Positions 34,117 through 40,508 of a stretch of DNA of 47,694 bases are shown here, piece by piece. The notes below the pieces were generated by a model. That model saw only the letters and a list, made by a program, of their open reading frames with translations, had not been told where the DNA came from and did no database searches. Both the position numbers and the translations under genes were made by a program. The stretch is from a virus. The stretch is from the IMG/VR virus record IMGVR_UViG_3300030618_000030; one strand, given 5' to 3'. The stretch's first letter is position 1. Each line of letters begins with the position of its first letter.

Positions 34117-35871
34117 ATGAGTAATTTGCGCGGCTTTCAGTTCAAACTAAAACAAGATGCGCTCAACGAGTTCGCGGCTGGCGCCCGCGCCGTAATGGTT
34201 CAACTGGCGACCGGGGGCGGCAAAACCGTTGTAATGGGTAGCTTCGCAAAGGATCATGCCGCAACACCCTGGAACCCGGCGTTGCCCGGTGGTTGCGCAA
34301 TGGCGCACCGTTCCGAACTGGTCGGACAGTTATCGATGCAGCTTGCTCGTGAAGATGTACCGCACGATATCATCGCGCAACCTGGGACCATACGAAGCAT
34401 TGTTGAAGCGCATATTGATGAGCTTGGACGCACATATTACAACGCCCGCACACCGTGGCGTGTGGCAAGCGTCGACACCATCAACAAACGTAAAGATTTG
34501 GGTCGGTGGGCAAGTACGGTTGGATTGCTATTTGTTGACGAAGCGCACCATGTGCTAGAGAACAACAAATGGGGCAAAGCCGTATCGATATTTCCCCAAC
34601 AATCCCGCGTGTTATTGCCGACAGCTACGCCGATACGTGCGGACGGGCACGGTTTGGGACGCGACGAAGGGGGCATAGCCGATGCGTTGGTTGAAGGGCC
34701 GCCGATGCGTTGGTTGATCGATAACGGCTATTTGACGGATTACAAAGTCTATGCAATTCCCCCGTCCGACCTAGATTTAAATGGCGTGGCAGTCGGCGCA
34801 AACGGTGAGTTCAACCCGGCACAACTACGTGAAGCGGTTCATAAATCCAATAAGATCGTTGGCGATGTTGTCGCAACCTATTGCAAATACGCACGCGGCA
34901 AACTGGGCGTAACGTTCGCGGTCGACATTGCACACGCTCAAGAAATTACCGATGCGTTCAACGCCGCAGGCGTGCCGGCTGTACTGATTACATCGGATAG
35001 CACCCCCGATGAGCGCCGCATCGCACTACGAAAATTTAAGAATCGAGAATTGCTGCAACTGGTCAATGTTGATCTTTTTGGCGAGGGTTTCGACTTACCT
35101 GCAATCGAGTGCGTATCGTTCGCTCGGCCTACAGCGTCTTTTGCGCTCTACAGTCAACAATGGGGGCGTGCGCTGCGTTTGATGATATCGGCAATACTCG
35201 CCGGGACGTGGGATATGTACCCGCCCCAACGACGGTTAGAGTTGATCGCATCGAGCGAGAAGCCGTTCGCGTATATCTTTGACCATGCGGCTAACTTCTA
35301 TCGACATGAGGGACCGCCTGATAAACCGCGGGTATGGTCGCTCGATGGTCGCAAGCGCAATCGTGGCTCTGACGACGCAATACCGATGCGTGTGTGCCTT
35401 AATGTCACGTGTGCGCAACCGTACGAGCGTATTTATGCAGCGTGCCCCCATTGTGGAACCGCGGCGCCCGCACCATCTGACCGAAGCGGGGCATTGACCG
35501 TTGACGGCGACATAACCGAAATCGATCCGCTTTTGCTCGCACAGTATCGCGGCGAAATTGCGCGCATTGATGACGCGCCAATTGTGCCGTACGGCGTGCC
35601 GCGATTGCCGGTAGTAGCTAACCATATGCGACGACAGGCCGCACAGTTCCGATTGCGTGAAGCGATTACCGTCTGGTGTCTGTCGCGCCACGAAAACGCC
35701 AATGTAGCCATGCGTCGATTTTGGTTCACGTTCAAGATTGACGTAATGCAGGCGAAGACGCTAAACGCCAAAGACGCCGACGCGTTACGCGCTAAAATTT
35801 GCGCCGATCTTGAATTGCGTGGTATCGTTCCACCTGAAACCATTATTAACACTGCGGAGCAAGCGGCATGA
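34117..35871 (+). CDS. superfamily-2 DNA helicase (DEAH box) with a C-terminal zinc ribbon
   Basis: Motif I ATGGGKT, motif II VDEAHH, motif III TATP, motif VI QQWGRALR, and CLNVTC...CPHC. Confidence 0.85.
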   Translation: MSNLRGFQFKLKQDALNEFAAGARAVMVQLATGGGKTVVMGSFAKDHAATPWNPALPGGCAMAHRSELVGQLSMQLAREDVPHDIIAQPGTIRSIVEAHIDELGRTYYNARTPWRVASVDTINKRKDLGRWASTVGLLFVDEAHHVLENNKWGKAVSIFPQQSRVLLPTATPIRADGHGLGRDEGGIADALVEGPPMRWLIDNGYLTDYKVYAIPPSDLDLNGVAVGANGEFNPAQLREAVHKSNKIVGDVVATYCKYARGKLGVTFAVDIAHAQEITDAFNAAGVPAVLITSDSTPDERRIALRKFKNRELLQLVNVDLFGEGFDLPAIECVSFARPTASFALYSQQWGRALRLMISAILAGTWDMYPPQRRLELIASSEKPFAYIFDHAANFYRHEGPPDKPRVWSLDGRKRNRGSDDAIPMRVCLNVTCAQPYERIYAACPHCGTAAPAPSDRSGALTVDGDITEIDPLLLAQYRGEIARIDDAPIVPYGVPRLPVVANHMRRQAAQFRLREAITVWCLSRHENANVAMRRFWFTFKIDVMQAKTLNAKDADALRAKICADLELRGIVPPETIINTAEQAA

Positions 35872-36143
35872 CAGCACCAACCCCACAAGACGTAATTCGG
35901 CACTTGCAATCATTGCGCAGAGTGCTACAACATGCGCTAAAAGCCGAAGGTTTGCCGGTCGAACGGTTCAACGACGCAACCGCGCAACTTAAGGCGCTCG
36001 ATGCACAATTGAAGACGTTGGAGCTACCGGAAGAAATGCCCCAAGTGACGTGGCCGACGATGCATCGAATGACCCGCGCACATCGTCGCGCAGCAAAACG
36101 CAGTCAGGGAAACACCCTCACACAACGGATGGCACGGAAATGA
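35868..36143 (+). CDS. hypothetical protein (91 aa)
   Basis: ATGA overlap with the helicase stop. Confidence 0.55.
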   Translation: MTAPTPQDVIRHLQSLRRVLQHALKAEGLPVERFNDATAQLKALDAQLKTLELPEEMPQVTWPTMHRMTRAHRRAAKRSQGNTLTQRMARK

Positions 36144-36313
36144 AACTAGAAATTTTAATTGAAAGTCCTGCGCAGTATGAAGCAATACGCGATGCCGCGA
36201 TTAAGTCCACAGCAATACAACTGTTTGGCCGTGACTATGTTTGCGTCGACTTATATTTCCACCCCGCCATAGGGCGGACATACGCACATATGACGCTTAA
36301 GGCGGTTGAATGA
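36140..36313 (+). CDS. hypothetical protein (57 aa)
   Basis: In-frame ATG at 36140 (ATGA overlap with the upstream stop). Confidence 0.45.
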   Translation: MKLEILIESPAQYEAIRDAAIKSTAIQLFGRDYVCVDLYFHPAIGRTYAHMTLKAVE

Positions 36314-36798
36314 GCATTATCCGAACCTGGGCCGCGGAATACGGCGTATCACTCGATGCGGTCGTTGCGCTTGAGCGACGTATGGGGTTAAGCGGCATTC
36401 ACCCTCACGAAATATCTCTTGATGCGCCACGTGGTAGCGAAGCCCGGCAACAGAGTTTGGTACGCCTGGAAGCGGCCGATAAGGGTGTGCGTCTGTATCG
36501 TAACAACGTCGGCGCCTACCGTGACGATAGCGGGCAAATGGTGCGGTATGGGTTGGCGAATGACAGCGCTGCGCTTAATAAGGTGCTCAAATCGTCGGAC
36601 TTGGTAGGCTGGCGCAAGCGGCACATTACGGCAAATATGGTCGGGAGTGTCATTGCTCAGGTCGTGCTACGCGAAATGAAACCCGAAGATTGGACGTTTA
36701 GCGGTAGCGCACACGAGCGGGCGCAATCGGCGTTTCTCGAACTGTGTATTGCAGACGGTGGAGATGCAAGGTTTGCCACTGGTCCCGGAACGTTGTAA
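36310..36798 (+). CDS. VRR-NUC domain nuclease
   Basis: ...LYRNNVGAY...VRYGL...SSDLVGW...LREMKP...ERAQSAFL...GGDARF matches the VRR-NUC PD-(D/E)XK layout. Confidence 0.7.
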   Translation: MSIIRTWAAEYGVSLDAVVALERRMGLSGIHPHEISLDAPRGSEARQQSLVRLEAADKGVRLYRNNVGAYRDDSGQMVRYGLANDSAALNKVLKSSDLVGWRKRHITANMVGSVIAQVVLREMKPEDWTFSGSAHERAQSAFLELCIADGGDARFATGPGTL

Positions 36799-36831
36799 TA
36801 TCCCCATAACTAAACCATTACTAACGATACT

Positions 36832-37134
36832 ATGACTCGAATTCGAATGATCGCGGACGACCGCAAGAAACAACTATTGGAAGCGGGCTACAAGATCGCT
36901 CGAACCAAGGGTATCCGTAAGGTGACGCGGGCTAGTGTGGCGCGTGAGTGCAAGGTGTCGCATGGCCTGCTCAATCACTACTTTGACGGGCGCGAAGGGT
37001 TGCGGTCGGAAGTAATGGCGTTTGCAATCGAGCAGAAAGACGCTAAAACCCTCGCCGCGTGCGCAGTGCATTACGAGCTTGACGACTTTGGTATGGGTCG
37101 GGAATTGAAGCGTGAAGTGTCGGCGCTTATGTAA
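36832..37134 (+). CDS. HTH-only TetR-family-like DNA-binding protein (100 aa)
   Basis: ...RKKQLLEAGYKIARTKGIRKVTRASVARECKVSHGLLNHYFDGREGLRSEV... is a typical TetR_N helix-turn-helix. No ligand-binding domain follows. I saw no clear RBS. Confidence 0.6.
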   Translation: MTRIRMIADDRKKQLLEAGYKIARTKGIRKVTRASVARECKVSHGLLNHYFDGREGLRSEVMAFAIEQKDAKTLAACAVHYELDDFGMGRELKREVSALM

Positions 37135-37153
37135 TGTGCCGCCCGACCCATGC

Positions 37154-37185
37154 AAGCCACACTTCACGGTGTGGCTTTTTTTTTG
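37154..37185 (+). terminator. intrinsic terminator
   Basis: aagccacac-ttcacg-gtgtggctt followed by T9. Confidence 0.8.
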
Positions 37186-37194
37186 TCCGCACAC

Positions 37195-37223
37195 TTGCAA
37201 ATCCGTTATTAACGGTTTATGCT
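37195..37223 (+). promoter_or_regulatory. promoter P8 (class II operator in the spacer)
   Basis: TTGCAA(37195-37200), spacer aTCCGTTATTAACGGTt, TATGCT(37218-37223). Confidence 0.65.
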
Positions 37224-37257
37224 CCGTTTCAGTTGTCAACCATTTTAGGAACGAATC

Positions 37258-37608
37258 ATGAAACGGCTCATTGAGTTACTGGCATTCCTGGGCATCGTGT
37301 CGTTGTGGCTGTTCGCCGCACGTGCCGAGGCGTACCCAACGCTGCAAGACCCGGCCGAATATGTCGCGGTGGCGTATAACGCGTTTGGCGATCGCATTCT
37401 GTTGCTGTCCAATTGGTGCGTTGGTGACAATGCGCGGCAAGACGACATGCATGCGTACCGGATTGCTGACGCGCACGGTAACACGGTTGGTGGTGGTTGC
37501 TGGCAAATGACGAATCGCCATGACGGAATGATTCACTATTTCTCCCTAGACGGTGGGGGCTGGTCGACATGGCCCAAAACCGCATTTCATAAACCCATCT
37601 GGAAATAA
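37258..37608 (+). CDS. secreted/periplasmic protein (116 aa) with a signal peptide
   Basis: MKRLIELLAFLGIVSLWLFAARAEA-YP... has a cleavable-looking signal sequence. AGGA RBS. Confidence 0.65.
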   Translation: MKRLIELLAFLGIVSLWLFAARAEAYPTLQDPAEYVAVAYNAFGDRILLLSNWCVGDNARQDDMHAYRIADAHGNTVGGGCWQMTNRHDGMIHYFSLDGGGWSTWPKTAFHKPIWK

Positions 37609-37610
37609 TC

Positions 37611-38618
37611 ATGACACCAGCACAAGAAGCGAAAGAGTACGCCGACGCGCACGGTTTTGAGATTGAAAAGATTGCCGGCAAGTATCACGTGACGCATGCT
37701 TTGAGCGGGCATTCGTTTGTACGTAGTGGCTACCCCGCGGTATTGAATGAAATGCGCGCCTGTGCGTCGATGCTCGAAATGAAAGAGCTAACACCTGCAC
37801 AGGCGGACAATATCGATGAGTTCTTCGACTTGGCGCTATCGCCGGAAGATACCGCGCTCGAAACGGCAATGTTGGATGCACGCGCTGCGGCGTTTGTTAT
37901 GACTGTATCTGACGGCGATAAAGTACTTATGAAAATACCGTTGACGGACGCACTAGAACCAGACCCGCTATACAGCGATGAGCAAAAGCCCATTGCACTC
38001 AGTGCAAACGATTTGGGTCTGTTCCCGTTGAAATCAAATGCTGAAATTGCGGCCGATATTATGAGCACCTTGTCAGGCGTACTCACGGTAGAAACTTGGG
38101 AAGCGTTGACCGCTGCGAACAAGCTGAAATGCGTTCGTCTGGCAAGCGGCGCGACGCTCGATCTAATCGGCCAATTTATAAAACTTGGACCGCGCCTGAA
38201 TAATGAGCCTGATCAACATTATCGCAAATATCTGCTGTACGGGACGCGTGCAAAAACGGGCGTGAATGTCTCGTTACAAGACGTTATTGATCGGATTGTG
38301 CAGCAGAATCCGATTTTACGGCGCAGTGCTGTCTATGGCGATCTAAACGCAATGCCTGCGAATGCTAGTAAGTTGCCGGGTGAGACCGACGAAGAGTACT
38401 TGAACCATCGGGCCGCGGCGTTTGGTATCAGTCGTCAGCCAGCGGCGAAAGCACAATTTCAATGCGGTTGGTGTGCATGGGTTGGCGCTCGGCAATACCC
38501 GCGGCGCGATTCCCGTAGTGAAGCATTGACGGACGTACGCCGCGCATTTCAAGGCATGGGTCGTAACAAACCGACTGCGGTAATCGTTCACACATCACAA
38601 TTTATGGGGTTCGTATGA
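37611..38618 (+). CDS. hypothetical protein (335 aa)
   Basis: Long ATG ORF, 2 nt after the upstream stop. Confidence 0.7.
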   Translation: MTPAQEAKEYADAHGFEIEKIAGKYHVTHALSGHSFVRSGYPAVLNEMRACASMLEMKELTPAQADNIDEFFDLALSPEDTALETAMLDARAAAFVMTVSDGDKVLMKIPLTDALEPDPLYSDEQKPIALSANDLGLFPLKSNAEIAADIMSTLSGVLTVETWEALTAANKLKCVRLASGATLDLIGQFIKLGPRLNNEPDQHYRKYLLYGTRAKTGVNVSLQDVIDRIVQQNPILRRSAVYGDLNAMPANASKLPGETDEEYLNHRAAAFGISRQPAAKAQFQCGWCAWVGARQYPRRDSRSEALTDVRRAFQGMGRNKPTAVIVHTSQFMGFV

Positions 38619-38788
38619 AATATTTCGTCAAGGCCAAATGGCCGCTTGAATCATCCGGCGTAGGTCAAGAATTGATACAACGCGTACCAACCAAGCGTCG
38701 CTTTGATGACCGTGACGCGGCGTTTGAATGGATGGCACAAGCGCTTACCGATGGCGCAACGTCCGTCACGATCCGACCGAACGCCTAA
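38615..38788 (+). CDS. hypothetical protein (57 aa, MKYFVKAKWPLESSGVGQ...)
   Basis: Hand-translated. ATGA overlap with the upstream stop. Confidence 0.45.
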   Translation: MKYFVKAKWPLESSGVGQELIQRVPTKRRFDDRDAAFEWMAQALTDGATSVTIRPNA

Positions 38789-38791
38789 CCC

Positions 38792-39001
38792 ATGTGCCCC
38801 ATCTTTACTACAGGTGACGGGCGGCAACGTCAGTATGCTAGGCGCGAAGATGGGCTGTTGTTCTATCGTATCAAGCGCGTAGAGGCGCCGGGCTGGTCGG
38901 CATGGCATATTGCGACTGATCAACACCCGACCGGCTTGTGGCTTAACCGCAGCGCTGGCAATGCGCGCTTACCGAGTGAGGTACTAAATGCAAAAGATTA
39001 A
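38792..39001 (+). CDS. hypothetical protein (69 aa)
   Basis: ATG ORF in the packed array. Confidence 0.45.
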   Translation: MCPIFTTGDGRQRQYARREDGLLFYRIKRVEAPGWSAWHIATDQHPTGLWLNRSAGNARLPSEVLNAKD

Positions 39002-39377
39002 CAACAGTAAAGGTTTGCCGATTGAACTGCGGCGCGCATATTTGGCCGCGTGTGCCGTTGGGTTGGAATGTGAATTGCATGGGGGTCTTACATTGGGCGT
39101 TTCCGGCGTCAATTTCAGCCCCGAAGATGATACGGTCGACGCTATGGCGTTGGTATCAGCCGCGCAACGGCATGGGTTTGTGTCGCATATTGGTTTTACA
39201 CGCACCCGTCTTAGATTGGTTGTACGTATCGTTGTGGCGTACGCTGATACTCGCGTTCAAATTGGCGCAAGTCGCTGGTATGTACGCCCGTTGGAGAATG
39301 ACCCGACCCGTGCAATGCGGTTAGCAATTGTTGACGCGTTTGCAGATTATTATGCGCTCGAATTTCCCGAAGCGTGA
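38988..39377 (+). CDS. hypothetical protein (129 aa)
   Basis: ATG ORF with a GAGG RBS. Confidence 0.6.
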   Translation: MQKINNSKGLPIELRRAYLAACAVGLECELHGGLTLGVSGVNFSPEDDTVDAMALVSAAQRHGFVSHIGFTRTRLRLVVRIVVAYADTRVQIGASRWYVRPLENDPTRAMRLAIVDAFADYYALEFPEA

Positions 39378-39546
39378 CTTACTGCCGTCGCAAGCATCGG
39401 ACCATGTTACCCGTGCGCTTGACGATGCCTATGAACGCGGCGCACGGCTCGGTTGGCGTATGGGGCTAGCGCGTGCCATCGCTGAATTTAAAGATCAACC
39501 GCGCTTAGTCGCTCACTTGGAACGCCTGAAAAATGAGAAATTATAA
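39352..39546 (+). CDS. hypothetical protein (64 aa)
   Basis: First in-frame ATG of ORF 39328-39546. 26-nt overlap with the upstream gene and no clear RBS. Confidence 0.3.
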   Translation: MRSNFPKRDLLPSQASDHVTRALDDAYERGARLGWRMGLARAIAEFKDQPRLVAHLERLKNEKL

Positions 39547-39952
39547 TTGCCACACTTGCCAAGAGCCGATGAAAGTGTCGGTACAGTTTCACTGGTACAT
39601 CGTCGGAAACGGCATGCAGCATCAGAAGTGTCAGAACTGCGGCGCGGTACATGATGTGACACCCGACAAAATCACACTGAGTACGCCCGGCGTGCCGTTT
39701 GCCAAACTGTCGGCGTTCTACGACTACCCGGAATACAAACCGTACCGCGTGGGGCCGTACCGCGTGATGTTCCAAACCGGCAATATTGCCAAGTCCTATT
39801 ATGAGTGGGATGGTGAAACGTTTCGCAATGGGCCGATGATCCTATCCCCCGGCACTATCATTGCGTGGCAAGGTTTGGCCGGCGATAACGAGCACACCAA
39901 ACGCATGCCGTACGAACACGACGCGCCGTTGGAGTTGCCGCCATGCGACTGA
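39533..39952 (+). CDS. zinc-ribbon-containing protein (139 aa)
   Basis: C-H-T-C ... C-Q-N-C pairs near the N-terminus. Confidence 0.55.
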   Translation: MRNYNCHTCQEPMKVSVQFHWYIVGNGMQHQKCQNCGAVHDVTPDKITLSTPGVPFAKLSAFYDYPEYKPYRVGPYRVMFQTGNIAKSYYEWDGETFRNGPMILSPGTIIAWQGLAGDNEHTKRMPYEHDAPLELPPCD

Positions 39953-40149
39953 TTTATAAATGTGGTCTGTGTGGCGGCATGAAAGCATTTCAGGCGCCCT
40001 TAAGTTTGGCCCAACGTGCCAGTGTGGAAGCAATACTTGCCGCTATCAATGACCACAACGGACCATTCGATATTCATTTGGCAATTCGTCATCCATGCAA
40101 GCCGGGCACTGATGGTATTGCGCATCTGGTCGGGGTTGAAGCAGAATGA
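39943..40149 (+). CDS. hypothetical protein (68 aa)
   Basis: ATG ORF overlapping the upstream gene by 10 nt. Confidence 0.5.
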   Translation: MRLIYKCGLCGGMKAFQAPLSLAQRASVEAILAAINDHNGPFDIHLAIRHPCKPGTDGIAHLVGVEAE

Positions 40150-40244
40150 TACTTCTAGTTTTGGCTATTATTGCTGCTTTGATGACACACCCAATATGGT
40201 GTGTCGGGTTCATTGTCTTGCACATGATATTCGACACACCATGA
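40146..40244 (+). CDS. possible 32-aa hydrophobic micropeptide (MILLVLAIIAALMTHPIWCVGFIVLHMIFDTP)
   Basis: Hand-translated. ATGA overlap with the upstream stop, and a terminator follows. Confidence 0.3.
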   Translation: MILLVLAIIAALMTHPIWCVGFIVLHMIFDTP

Positions 40245-40251
40245 CCCCTCC

Positions 40252-40280
40252 CGGCCCGCACCATGCGGGCCGTTTTGTTT
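40252..40280 (+). terminator. intrinsic terminator
   Basis: cggcccgca-cca-tgcgggccg followed by TTTTGTTT. Confidence 0.75.
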
Positions 40281-40291
40281 GTGCTATGCTT

Positions 40292-40318
40292 TCACACACT
40301 GTCACACACTGTCACACA
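40292..40318 (+). repeat. 10-bp tandem direct repeat TCACACACTG x2.7, directly upstream of the RHH-like ORF
   Basis: 40292-40301 equals 40302-40311, and 40312-40318 is a partial copy. Related GACACAC motifs occur at 40184, 40199 (inverted) and 40233. Confidence 0.85.
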
Positions 40319-40325
40319 TCCCAAA

Positions 40326-40499
40326 ATGATCACTCCAAACTTTATCAGCGTGCGTTTGCTCGATGATGACAAAGACAACTTTGCGTTGATCTTGGCGCAT
40401 GAGGAAAAGCGCACAGGTATCACCCTGAGCGTGTCTGATCTATACCGCCTTGCGATCAAAGCATTGGCGGAAAAGCACAATATTAAAGGCGTTCGCTAG
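40326..40499 (+). CDS. ribbon-helix-helix (CopG/Arc-like) DNA-binding protein, tentative (57 aa)
   Basis: The pattern is strand (FISVRL), helix (KDNFALILAHEEKRTG), helix (SVSDLYRLAIKALAEKH). In-frame ATG at 40326 with no obvious RBS. The track start at 40263 lies inside the terminator. Confidence 0.4.
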   Translation: MITPNFISVRLLDDDKDNFALILAHEEKRTGITLSVSDLYRLAIKALAEKHNIKGVR

Positions 40500-40508
40500 G
40501 ACTATCCC

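Noticed and set aside
40016-40366. 116-aa ORF spanning 40016-40366.
   Set aside because: It runs through the intrinsic terminator and the tandem repeats in a frame different from the coupled genes on either side. It is most likely spurious.
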